From NCBI GenBank assembly GCA_033764955.1, contig JANRIL010000020.1:1-64000 (forward strand): DNA of 64,000 nucleotides. The letters run 5' to 3'. Origin of the DNA: Cyanobacteriota bacterium. Its GTDB lineage: Bacteria > Cyanobacteriota > Cyanobacteriia > Thermostichales > Thermostichaceae. A model generated the notes under the pieces. That model was not told where the DNA came from. It saw nothing but the letters and a program-made list of their open reading frames with translations, and searched no databases. How positions within the stretch are numbered: the stretch's first letter is position 1; each line of letters begins with the position of its first letter. A program made the translations under genes and the position numbers. Shown piece after piece: positions 7,782 through 17,253 of this stretch.

Positions 7782-10058
7782 TCACCTCCTTTTGAGTGCA
7801 AAAGCACCTAGCTCCGGTGAATAGCCCCACTGGTCGGCAGGTGCGATCAAGTATCCTTTCTTGTGTCGCTGCCAGCCTTTGATATCCTTAGTCGGCAAAG
7901 GCACCGTGTAGCGGGGTAAGTCACTGGATTTGAGCATTGAAATCCTTGCTTGATCCTGCTCCAACAACGCTGTCACCGTATAACCTGCTTCCCGTAGAGC
8001 GGCTGGGTAGGTGCGCCACTTGCCATCAAGCAAGACGAAGTGATCCTTCGGTTGGCTTTGCACATGCAGTTGCTCTAACCAGTTAGCCAGTTGTGACTGA
8101 TTGACCTCATCGGAGAACGATCGCACCAACGCCAAGCCAGTATCTAGCTCGTCCTGGCTGTAAGGGAAGCCAATCATCTTCGGATCTTCGGGGTAAAACA
8201 TCGCGTCTAAAGCATGACCACAATAACGACGATTTAGCCTTCCCAAACGCTGAATTAATCCTGCTGGATCAGCAATCTGTGTTACTAACAGGGTTGCCGA
8301 CAAGTCTAGCGACATTTCCGCTACTTGGGTTGCTACTGCTAAAACAGGTGGTGCCTCTGGCTTAAACCCGTCCACGACTGCTCGATGATGCTTCACGCGA
8401 TCGCCGTACCGGAACCGACTGTGATAAAGCAATGCATTCAAGCCGATGCTTTTGGCATGTTCGTAGACTGCGATCGCTGTATTCACCTGGTTGCAGACCC
8501 AAAGCACTTTGCCGCCATTGGTGAGTTCTTGCTGCACCCGTTCCCAGTCGGGAGCTTGCCTTTCATGGAAGCGGTAGCGCGGCTTTTCCTCCAAATCTTG
8601 AGGGCCGTGAATAATCACGACAGGTTCACCGACTGCTGAGCGAATCGCCTCGACTTGCGCGGGTAAAAATGAGGCAGACATCAGTAATACAGGTGCTTTA
8701 ACCACCTTGAGAAATCGCAGCAACGCCCCAAACAGCGCATCGTCATAGCAGTGAACCTCATCAAACACAAAGGCAGCATTAGCGATCGCTGGGAAGCAAT
8801 ACATCGGGCGGCGATTGCATTGCAGTAACCCCAGCACTGTATCTACCGTGCAGATGCTCACTTTTGCCCCCCAAGCCTTGAAGGAATCAAGCTTCTGATC
8901 GGTTTCATTGACAGTTTCATCCCCGTTATCAACCTCTTCGCCAGTCCTCGCCAGTTCCAGATCAACCTCTGAGCGGGAGTGCAGCAGCACTGACTCTACT
9001 TCATCCTGCACATAGTCCAAAAAACCTTCGGTACTGGTGCCCGTTGTGGGATAGCAAAAGAACAGTTTGCGACCGATCGCGTGCCTTTGTGCCCAGTTGT
9101 AAGCTCCAAGCGTTTTGCCCGTGCCACATCCGGCCCGCGCCATCGTCACCCGCGTAGACTTTTCCTTCAGGTCAATTTGGAAGAGTCGCAGCGGATGATT
9201 GCCACGTCGGGCATCAATCACTCGTTGGAGATCAGCCTCAGTAAGGGTACTAGGTTCTTCTTCTGTCCCGATCAGTTGCTCTTTAATCCATTCGTGGATG
9301 TTGACAGAAACTTGTGCTGAGGCAGAACCGATCGAATCTCCCGCAATCAGTAGCGCTTTCATCACTGCTAGGAGTGTGAGGTCTGGCTCCCAATCAGCAA
9401 AGGCATCTAAAACGGCTTGGCGCTTGTCTCGTTTGATCTCACCAACTTCCCAGCGTTCAGAAATCGCCCGTGGTAGCTGAATTTGATTGGGTAGTTCCAG
9501 CGTTCTCACACCGTAGCGAATCAACTTGCGGAAATAAGGATGACGAATATACCAGTACAAGCCGGTATCACCCGTGCCCTCTCGCACCTCACCAAGTTCG
9601 CTTGTATCTTTGCCCTGCTTGCCACCCAATTTGAGGTGATGTCCCCCTGCGGCTGCCAGCGCCACCATAAAATCAGCATCCGGGCACTGCTGAAGCCACT
9701 CTCGAAACTCCCATGCTAGAAGCATTGAGGCGATTTCGTGACGGATAAGCTGTGGCTGCTCTAGAGGATTGCGCTGATGTCGCACCACCATTTGAAAGTG
9801 GTCATTGGCTTTGCCCCAGTCGTGTAGATAGGCTGCCAGCCGTGCCGTTGCCTTCAGCGTGCTGAATTCACAGGTCAACCCAAATTGCTGGATCAGGCGA
9901 TCGCCTAAACAATCTACTAAGCTAGTGACTGACTTAACAACGGCAGCGGTATGACCAACAAGATGGTAAGCCCCTTGCCAGTCTACTGCTCCTGGAGTCG
10001 AGGACTTGGCTAATAGAATATCGGGTTCCAGTTTCGGCGGTGTCATTTTAGGCGGCAT
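7782..10058 (-). CDS. cas3: Cas3 HD nuclease/helicase
   Basis: LHDWGKAN HD domain, GCGTGKT, DEVH, MSAS, QRLGRLNR; ATG 10058 behind AGGAGG. Confidence 0.95.
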   Translation of the reverse strand: MPPKMTPPKLEPDILLAKSSTPGAVDWQGAYHLVGHTAAVVKSVTSLVDCLGDRLIQQFGLTCEFSTLKATARLAAYLHDWGKANDHFQMVVRHQRNPLEQPQLIRHEIASMLLAWEFREWLQQCPDADFMVALAAAGGHHLKLGGKQGKDTSELGEVREGTGDTGLYWYIRHPYFRKLIRYGVRTLELPNQIQLPRAISERWEVGEIKRDKRQAVLDAFADWEPDLTLLAVMKALLIAGDSIGSASAQVSVNIHEWIKEQLIGTEEEPSTLTEADLQRVIDARRGNHPLRLFQIDLKEKSTRVTMARAGCGTGKTLGAYNWAQRHAIGRKLFFCYPTTGTSTEGFLDYVQDEVESVLLHSRSEVDLELARTGEEVDNGDETVNETDQKLDSFKAWGAKVSICTVDTVLGLLQCNRRPMYCFPAIANAAFVFDEVHCYDDALFGALLRFLKVVKAPVLLMSASFLPAQVEAIRSAVGEPVVIIHGPQDLEEKPRYRFHERQAPDWERVQQELTNGGKVLWVCNQVNTAIAVYEHAKSIGLNALLYHSRFRYGDRVKHHRAVVDGFKPEAPPVLAVATQVAEMSLDLSATLLVTQIADPAGLIQRLGRLNRRYCGHALDAMFYPEDPKMIGFPYSQDELDTGLALVRSFSDEVNQSQLANWLEQLHVQSQPKDHFVLLDGKWRTYPAALREAGYTVTALLEQDQARISMLKSSDLPRYTVPLPTKDIKGWQRHKKGYLIAPADQWGYSPELGAFALKRR

Positions 10059-10704
10059 TAGTATCCTCCTTTGATGGATAAAACCAGCCACAGCCAAAGT
10101 GTTGCCGTCCACCTAAACCATGCCACTGCAACCTCAGCGAATCCTCATGACTTAATCCCTCGACTACGACACCAAAGCCCAGAATCTTCTTGTCTTTGAT
10201 CTGCACAGTCCGCCTTGCTAAGTTCCCATTTGGATCACTCGGAATAAATGCCTGTCCCTTAATCTCCAGACGCTCTAGCCCTTTTTGACAAGATTGCAAA
10301 AAGTAGCGAGGCACCTCAGCATGATCGATTGCATCTAACTTAAATGTCACGAGCCTCGCAGCTAGGGTATTACTGGCTTCTGGCAAGGTAATTCTCGGTT
10401 GTACGAGCCTAATGAGATGCCCGCGAATATCAAAAACCTTATTTTGCAAGAAACGATACCAAACCTCTATTTGATCAGACGGACAACGGACTCGAAAACG
10501 AGAACCTTGATTCAGATAAATCATCCCATCCCGATCCGGAATGCCAGGAATACTGCATAGTCTCACCTCCACAGGCAAATCTTTGGGTGTAAAGTCAGAG
10601 TCTGAGTCTTGTAGTAACTTCTTGACTGCTGAATAGAGAGCATAGCCATGATCAGCAGGTAATGTCTTACCTCTTAGTGAAAACTGAATCTCCAGAAAGT
10701 TCAT
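10048..10704 (-). CDS. cas6: Cas6 (Cmx6) crRNA-processing endoribonuclease
   Basis: LPADHGYALYSA and C-terminal GLGGRQHFGCGWF G-loop. Confidence 0.95.
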   Translation of the reverse strand: MNFLEIQFSLRGKTLPADHGYALYSAVKKLLQDSDSDFTPKDLPVEVRLCSIPGIPDRDGMIYLNQGSRFRVRCPSDQIEVWYRFLQNKVFDIRGHLIRLVQPRITLPEASNTLAARLVTFKLDAIDHAEVPRYFLQSCQKGLERLEIKGQAFIPSDPNGNLARRTVQIKDKKILGFGVVVEGLSHEDSLRLQWHGLGGRQHFGCGWFYPSKEDTNAA

Positions 10705-10708
10705 ACTC

Positions 10709-11683
10709 TTAGCTCCTTGAGTAACACATGTTCATTTCAACGATTTCTGCCTTGATCATCTCCATCAGTTCCGGCGGATCCCTGACCACCGCCCCCTTGC
10801 CATAGCCCAACACCCAGCGCTTTACATCATTCATTCCCTGCACCGTCATGCGTAAAACCAGCGATCCATCCGGTTCCTCCTCAATCACCTGTGTGGGGTG
10901 CCAGCGCCGCTCCCGGATAAACGGTGCCGTCTGGGCATCAAACCAAATTCCTACCTGCTGAGGAATCCCGCCCACCTCATGCTGGAAAATCATCGCCAAA
11001 TGATCTTTGGGATCAAAGGTGGGATCCACTTCAAAAGTCTCACGCAGGGTTTTGAGAGAAAGAATCCTATCCACCCGAAACCACCTCACCTCCTGTCGTT
11101 TGTGACACCAGCCAATGACATAGGGGTTTGTGCCTCGGTAGATGTGCAAGAGATAGGGATCCAACTCCCGTTCCGATACGTCATCTCTCCGACTGGCAGT
11201 GCGATAGCGCATCCACACCCGTTTTTTCTCTCGGCAGGCATCCTCCAACTGCTGCCAGATCTCCAAATCCAGATGGGTCTCCGCCCCAGAACGGAAGACA
11301 AAACGGTCATCAGCAACCTGTTGTAAATCCAGCCACTCTTGCTCCGGGATCCGTTCTGCCAGACGAGCAATCGCCGAGCGTAACTGAGGGGCATAGGCAG
11401 ATCCGGCGTAAGCCTCCAGCATCCTGGATCCCAACGTCAAGGCAAACAACTCCCCCTTCGTCAGAGGAATAGAGGGCAAGCGCCATTCCGGATCGGTATA
11501 GTGAAACCCTCTTTTCCGGTTCACCACAATGGGGGCTTGAAAGCGGTCTTTCAAAAAACAAATATCGGCTCTCACCGTCCGCTCACTCACCTCCAAAGCC
11601 TCAGCCAACAAAGGTGCTGTCTGTCGGTGCCCAGCGCGGAGCAACATATCCAGTTTCAAAACCCGTTCCAACTGACGGAGCAT
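10709..11683 (-). CDS. wHTH-WYL-WCX transcriptional regulator
   Basis: LAEALEVSERTVRADI HTH, YVIGWCHKRQEVRWFRVDRI WYL, WVLGYG WCX; start probably ATG 11683. Confidence 0.92.
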   Translation of the reverse strand: MLRQLERVLKLDMLLRAGHRQTAPLLAEALEVSERTVRADICFLKDRFQAPIVVNRKRGFHYTDPEWRLPSIPLTKGELFALTLGSRMLEAYAGSAYAPQLRSAIARLAERIPEQEWLDLQQVADDRFVFRSGAETHLDLEIWQQLEDACREKKRVWMRYRTASRRDDVSERELDPYLLHIYRGTNPYVIGWCHKRQEVRWFRVDRILSLKTLRETFEVDPTFDPKDHLAMIFQHEVGGIPQQVGIWFDAQTAPFIRERRWHPTQVIEEEPDGSLVLRMTVQGMNDVKRWVLGYGKGAVVRDPPELMEMIKAEIVEMNMCYSRS

Positions 11684-11917
11684 GGCCGACTCGGATGACG
11701 ATGAGAGCATTCTAGGCAACCCACCCGGCAAAAACACTTCCGACTTGTCAACCCTTGACCAAGCATTAAAACTTCTTTCTCAGAGGTTGCTGCCCATCAG
11801 GAGTTCAAGGGTTTCGAGACTAAGCAGCAAGCCATCAAGTCTATTGAAAAATCCTTCAGCCACTGCGTCGATCTGATCCGTTCAGAAGCAGTTGCATCCC
11901 AGGTGCTCGACCACCGC

Positions 11918-12661
11918 TCAGCTTAGTTGTTCGACGTCATCCCGCCGATAAAAGATGCGTCCATTCTCCTGAACGCGGGCGGTGATTTCAGCCTTCTCCA
12001 GGCGCAGGCGTGCTTGCTGTTGAGAACATCCCAAAATTTGGCTGGCTACCGACAGCGGGATCCACTGTCTAGCCAGTCGGCTGAGCATCACCGACTCGCA
12101 GGTTTCCGCAATATCCCCCAATAGGCACTGGGCTAGCTGCCAACAAGCTAAGGTATCGGCTTCCGCCCGATGGGATCCCGACACTGTCAGGTGAAAATGC
12201 TCCACCAAGGCGGGCAGAGCACGGGAGGGCAAGTCCGGCAGGAGGATTCTGGCTAATTGCAGGGTACAGAACTGTTGAACGGCAGAACGACGAAATGTTA
12301 TCCCCATCTGCTGAGCTTCCGCCTGCAAAAAACCGTAATCAAAGGGCAGATTATGGGCAGTGAGGATCCCTTGATTGAGGAGTGGCCAATAATCAGGCCA
12401 TACCGCATGAGCAAGAGGAGCTTGATCCACCATCGCTTGAGTAATGCCAGTCAAGCGAGTAATTGGTTGGGGAACCACAGCGGGTGGATTCACCAGGGTG
12501 GTTTGTTGATGCAAAATCCCTTTCTCTAGGCTCGCCTGCAAGAGAGAAACCTCAATCACACGGTTGCCGTTCCCCAGATATCCAGTAGTTTCCACATCCA
12601 CCACTGTTAGAGTGGCTTGGCTGAGCCGTCGATAATAGGCCAAGAGGTCGTGGGAACGCAA
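11918..12661 (-). CDS. DEDDh 3'-5' exonuclease (DnaQ-like) with C-terminal HTH-like segment
   Basis: VVDVETTG, AHNLPFD, HRAEAD motifs. Confidence 0.9.
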   Translation of the reverse strand: MRSHDLLAYYRRLSQATLTVVDVETTGYLGNGNRVIEVSLLQASLEKGILHQQTTLVNPPAVVPQPITRLTGITQAMVDQAPLAHAVWPDYWPLLNQGILTAHNLPFDYGFLQAEAQQMGITFRRSAVQQFCTLQLARILLPDLPSRALPALVEHFHLTVSGSHRAEADTLACWQLAQCLLGDIAETCESVMLSRLARQWIPLSVASQILGCSQQQARLRLEKAEITARVQENGRIFYRRDDVEQLS

Positions 12662-12726
12662 AATATTCGGGTCAGAACCAAGACCTTTTCACGCTAAACC
12701 TTTTCTGCTGAGCAGACAAGCTGAAA

Positions 12727-13002
12727 TCACCGCTGAGCAACCGTCGGCAATCCCCAACACATCTCTAGCCACTGCACCTGCTCCCGAGGATTGGGAGAAA
12801 AGCGTAACTCTACCTGATAAATGCAGGCTCGATCAATGGATCCCTTAGAACCCAGCCGAATCAGAGCACTCAGATTGTCCTCTGCTAGCCAACTTACTGA
12901 AACCCCCAAACTGATCAAACTACGGGCGGCTTGTTCCACACCAGCTTTTGGCACCTGGATAGCCCTCCGTTCGTAGCAAACATAAGGAGTCATGAGCCGC
13001 AC
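12727..13002 (-). CDS. Hypothetical protein
   Basis: 91-aa ORF filling the gap, co-directional with the exonuclease. Confidence 0.5.
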   Translation of the reverse strand: MRLMTPYVCYERRAIQVPKAGVEQAARSLISLGVSVSWLAEDNLSALIRLGSKGSIDRACIYQVELRFSPNPREQVQWLEMCWGLPTVAQR

Positions 13003-13322
13003 TAGAATTTAAGGATATTTTAATATTCCCCCAAAAATTGCCCAATGACTAGAATTGGTCAAGAGATGTTAAGTATTCTTTTATAAGCGAGGGATCCCTC
13101 CCCTCTACCGCTAGCGTCTCCCCGCTTCCTCTTTCAATCTTCTCTACAGAAATGCAATAAACCCTATTTTTCTCAACAATTAGCTAACATAAAGCCGACG
13201 GAGCGACCACTCATTCTCAATAAGCTGGCAAATTGCAAACTTGTCTGATAGGATGGGGAGCGAATTCAGGGATCCGCAACGCCGATTCTTAACCATCCAA
13301 CACGACTAGGAGAGAGACATCC

Positions 13323-13874
13323 ATGTCTGAAGTTCAGTCCATGCTGCGCTCCTTTACGCAGATGGCTCCCAACCCCGTCCTTCTTGAACTGAATGTGACC
13401 GAGCCAGTTTGTGAAGGACTCAATATTTTGTTGGCAAGTTTTCAGGCTCTCTATCTGCAATATCAAAAGCACCACTTTGTTGTGGAAGGAGCGGAGTTTT
13501 ATTCTCTGCACGAGTTTTTTCAGGACAGCTACCAAGCAGTTCAGGGACATGCCCATGATCTCGGTGAGCGGCTGGAAGGGTTAGGAGGGGTACCTGCGGC
13601 TAGCTTTAGCAAGCTGGCGGAACTCTGCTGCTTTGTTCCCGAAGCCGATGGAGTTTTTTCCTGTCGAGCCATGGTCCAACATGATTTGGCGGCTGAACAG
13701 GAAGTGATTAAAGTTCTCCGCACGCAAGCGGCTCAAGTGGAAAGCTTGGGGGATCGGGGCACCCGCTATTTGCTGGAAGGGATCTTGCTCAAAACGGAGG
13801 AGCGCGCCTATCATTTGGGGCATTTCTTGGCACCTGATACCCTAGTCCAACTGAATGGCTATGCCCGTTCTTAA
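13323..13874 (+). CDS. dps: Dps family ferritin-like protein
   Basis: [28 protein letters not shown] motifs; AGGAG RBS. Confidence 0.92.
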   Translation: MSEVQSMLRSFTQMAPNPVLLELNVTEPVCEGLNILLASFQALYLQYQKHHFVVEGAEFYSLHEFFQDSYQAVQGHAHDLGERLEGLGGVPAASFSKLAELCCFVPEADGVFSCRAMVQHDLAAEQEVIKVLRTQAAQVESLGDRGTRYLLEGILLKTEERAYHLGHFLAPDTLVQLNGYARS

Positions 13875-13974
13875 CCTTATCCCTCCCTCCAAAGCCCATA
13901 CTCAAACCTAGCCTCAGCCCCATCCTCTTCCCTTGGGAGTCGTGACAGTGGGCTGGGCTAAGGCAGTTGTTTCT

Positions 13975-15315
13975 TTAGGGAATCGCCCCTAGAGGCTTGA
14001 TGCTAGAGCCACTGCTTCTCAGGCTGCGCTTGCCGGAGCGGGGTTTGTTGATAGCATGCTGAGGGTCTGAATGAATCTGATCTGCCCCTCTGACTGAGCT
14101 GGGTTGGGAAAGTTTTGCCCTGTGCCCATGAGAGGATGATCCCTGAGGTTTTCGTTTGACGGGTTGAGTGGCTGACAGGGGTTCGTAGCCTGGGATTACC
14201 CCTTTGGGAATATCTTGCTTGAGCAGGCGTTCAATATCTCGGAGGAGATATTTCTCCTCCCGCGAGACCAACGAAATGGCTTGTCCCGAATGTCCAGCTC
14301 GTCCGGTGCGCCCGATGCGATGCACATAATCTTCTGGTAGGTCTGGCAGATCAAAGTTGACCACATAGGGAAGTTGGGCAATATCCAAACCACGGGCGGC
14401 CACATCGGTGGCTACCAACACCCGCACGGCTCCCCGCCGAAAGCTCTCTAAGGCACGAGTCCGCGCCCCCTGACTTTTGTTGCCGTGAATGGCAGCGGTC
14501 TTGAGACCATCTTCCTCTAACTGCTCGGCCAACTGATTAGCGCCATGTTTGGTGCGGGTAAAGACCAAAACCTGTTGCCAATTTTGCGATCCAATCATGT
14601 GAGCAAGGAGTTCGCGCTTGCGTGGCCGATCCACCCAATGCACCATCTGTTGCACCTGCTGAACCGTCGCTGTGGGAGCTACAACCTCCAATAAGGCCGG
14701 ATTTCTTAAGAACTGATCCGCTAGTTTCTTCACCTCCAGTGAAAGGGTGGCCGAAAACATCAGGGTTTGCCGCTGTTCAGGCATCAAGGCCAAAATTTTG
14801 CGGATGTCATGGATAAAACCCATATCCAACATGCGATCCGCTTCATCCAAGACCACGATCTGCACTGCCCGCAAATCTAAGGATTGCTGGGCGATGTGAT
14901 CCAAGAGTCGTCCGGGGGTTGCCACCAAGATATCGATGCCCCGCCTTAGCTTCAGTCTTTGGGCGTGAAAACTCATGCCACCACAGATCATGCTGGAACG
15001 GAGAGGTAAATGCTGACCGTAAGTGGCTACACTTTTCTCCACCTGAGCCGCCAGTTCGCGAGTGGGCGTCAAAATCAGGGCACGGATTGGACGGATTGCT
15101 TTGTTGCCAACAGGCAGGGGATCCCCCAACCGTTGCAGAAGCGGCAGGGTAAAACTAGCGGTTTTGCCTGTGCCTGTCTGAGCAGTCGCCATCAGATCTC
15201 GTCCCTGCAAGATGATGGGGATAGCTTCGTTTTGAATGGGAGTGGGTTGGGTATAGCCCATTTGGGTGATGGCGCGCAAAAGCTCGCTCCCAAGACCAAG
15301 GGAATCAAATGACAT
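13975..15315 (-). CDS. rhlE: DEAD-box RNA helicase (RhlE/CrhC-like)
   Basis: [29 protein letters not shown] motifs. Confidence 0.92.
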   Translation of the reverse strand: MSFDSLGLGSELLRAITQMGYTQPTPIQNEAIPIILQGRDLMATAQTGTGKTASFTLPLLQRLGDPLPVGNKAIRPIRALILTPTRELAAQVEKSVATYGQHLPLRSSMICGGMSFHAQRLKLRRGIDILVATPGRLLDHIAQQSLDLRAVQIVVLDEADRMLDMGFIHDIRKILALMPEQRQTLMFSATLSLEVKKLADQFLRNPALLEVVAPTATVQQVQQMVHWVDRPRKRELLAHMIGSQNWQQVLVFTRTKHGANQLAEQLEEDGLKTAAIHGNKSQGARTRALESFRRGAVRVLVATDVAARGLDIAQLPYVVNFDLPDLPEDYVHRIGRTGRAGHSGQAISLVSREEKYLLRDIERLLKQDIPKGVIPGYEPLSATQPVKRKPQGSSSHGHRAKLSQPSSVRGADQIHSDPQHAINKPRSGKRSLRSSGSSIKPLGAIP

Positions 15316-15547
15316 AGATAACTTCAGCTCCTAGATTCTGCCCCTTTCCCCATAGTTGGGCCTAGCCTAAGAGCAACAAATCGTAATGGTGGTAAATAAG
15401 TGGGCAGTCGAGAGCAATCTCTTGGCAGCCAGCGTAGACCAGAATACGCGATTACAGGATCTTAACATAACAGAAAACAAGGCTGACCGGAGGAACAGGT
15501 TGGTCTTCAGAAAAAAGGGGGGGGAAATCGCTGAATAGGTGAGGGGG

Positions 15548-16846
15548 CTAGGGGGATCCCTCGACCACAGCCAAATTACTGCCCTGATAATAGTGAGCCA
15601 AGATTTGTTGAAATGACCAGCCTTGAGTGGCTAAGCCAGCCGCTCCCCACTGACTCATCCCCACTCCATGCCCAAAGCCCCGCCCTTTGAGGGAAAAAAG
15701 ACTGGGCAGACCAGATACAGGAACTAAGCTAGCGGTGGTGGCTGCCCCTTGGGCAGTGATTTCAAACATGGTGCTGCGTAGCCCAAGGGCAGCGCGAAAC
15801 TCATCCGCCGAAATCTGTTTACTACCGGAGGTTCCCACGAGCTGCATTTGCATGGCTCGCCCGGTGGGGGAGCGTTGGGTAATGCCGACTTGATTGATCG
15901 CGCCAATGCCGCCAAATTTTTGTTGCAATTCTTGACTGGAAAAAGTAGCTGACCAACTGAACACAGGAGCCGCCGCGTCAAAATCAGGAACCCCCTTTAG
16001 ATAGGGCAAAGGTTCTATCCAGACATTGGCGACATCCTCCGTATGCCCGCCAGAGGAGGAGTGAAAGACAGCATTGATGATCGATCCCTGATAGGTCAAG
16101 ACCTGCCCAGAGGTATCACGGGCGGCGGACTGGGTGCGGTTAGATTCTGCCGCGACTCCTTTATACACCTGCCAATCCTGACCACTGCCCAGATCAAAGA
16201 CCTCTTGGGTACGCAGAGTGCGATGAAAAAGTGCATAGCTGCGGGCGGCTACCGCCTGGGCTTTGAGAGCCTCACTAGGGAAGCGATGCCCCATCTCACT
16301 GCCGACCACACTCGACACATAATCATCCAGACCGACTTGGTTGATAGCGGTCAATCCCGATTGATCGGGCACCAATTCCACCAAACCGCGATACCAGTTT
16401 TTGCCGATAAAGACTAAACCATCGGCTGAGGTGGGTTGCAGATAAAGCCGGGATCCCGAAACCGTCCCTACCTGAACGGTTTGTCCGGTGCGGCTAGCGG
16501 TTAGGGGAGTCATCCCTGAGACTTCTGCCACCGGCTGCCCTTGGGCATCTAAAATTCTGGCGGGGCTAGAACTGCCAAGGGTGACCTTGGGAACTTCCAC
16601 CGCGATGCCGATTCTCAGTAAGACTCTAGCTTGGGCTGACAAGGTCAGACATAGCCATAGCCAAAGGGTATAACCCAGCCAGCGTGCCCAGTCGGATGCG
16701 GATCCCAGATGAGTAGGGGGAGAAATAGGATCCTGGGTGGGGAGGGCAGACGATGAGTGGGGAGAAGGAGAAGGGAACAAAAAATCCAAAATCACGCGGA
16801 CATCCTCAAGGAGTAAAAGACGAGCTACGTCAATTGACACTCGCAA
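15548..16846 (-). CDS. SpoIID/LytB domain protein
   Basis: EALKAQAVAARSYA, QVYKG, FHSSSGGHT, GFGHGVGMSQWGA; true start may be downstream. Confidence 0.9.
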   Translation of the reverse strand: MRVSIDVARLLLLEDVRVILDFLFPSPSPHSSSALPTQDPISPPTHLGSASDWARWLGYTLWLWLCLTLSAQARVLLRIGIAVEVPKVTLGSSSPARILDAQGQPVAEVSGMTPLTASRTGQTVQVGTVSGSRLYLQPTSADGLVFIGKNWYRGLVELVPDQSGLTAINQVGLDDYVSSVVGSEMGHRFPSEALKAQAVAARSYALFHRTLRTQEVFDLGSGQDWQVYKGVAAESNRTQSAARDTSGQVLTYQGSIINAVFHSSSGGHTEDVANVWIEPLPYLKGVPDFDAAAPVFSWSATFSSQELQQKFGGIGAINQVGITQRSPTGRAMQMQLVGTSGSKQISADEFRAALGLRSTMFEITAQGAATTASLVPVSGLPSLFSLKGRGFGHGVGMSQWGAAGLATQGWSFQQILAHYYQGSNLAVVEGSP

Positions 16847-17020
16847 AGGAACAAACCATCCCTGAGAGTACCAAAAACTCTGGAGAGAAGCACTCCCCCC
16901 TCGATTGGGTCTGGAAGAGAAGGATGAATCCAGCCAAAATTACGGACTTTCATGACATCAACGGGCTGGTAGCGGTTCAAACGATCCACCGTTGCCCAGA
17001 AGCAGAACGAGTCCACCCCG

Positions 17021-17135
17021 CCCTGCCATCACCGTTTGTGGGGATCGTTCCAGTTGACCCACCGCCAAAAACCTCTCGAACTCAACCGACCAACTTTATA
17101 CGGTCGGTGTGCAACTTGAGTTATGCGAGGGCGTT
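17021..17135 (-). ncRNA. ssrS: 3' ~two-thirds of a 6S RNA (ssaA/ssrS) gene; 5' arm absent
   Basis: Minus strand has nested stems (GCCCTCG/CGAGAGGT, AACTCAA/TTGAGTT, ACCGACC/GGTCGGT) and motifs GTTGCACACCGACCG, AGTTCGAGAGG, ACTGGAACGAT that I recall from cyanobacterial 6S RNAs; no upstream partner for the 3' arm CGGTGATGGCAGGG. Confidence 0.65.
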
Positions 17136-17253
17136 CCAAAAAACATCAGGTTGTATCAAATTCTTCAAGGTTCCAATCCTAGATATACTTGGGAATGATC
17201 TAGACTTTATCGCCTAAGCAAGCTCGACGACTTTTACTGGTAATTACAGCCAT

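Noticed and set aside
1..11683. Possible CRISPR-associated transposon (type I-B CAST)
   Set aside because: No tnsA/B/C or tniQ in the window, and cas3 and the adaptation genes are intact
13205..13226. ATTCTCAATAA Fur/PerR-like half-site upstream of dps
   Set aside because: Only one half-site; plausible but not supportable by eye
16753..17217. 154-aa plus-strand ORF and 63-aa minus-strand ORF
   Set aside because: No protein motifs; they overlap the spoIID 5' region and the 6S-like RNA segment
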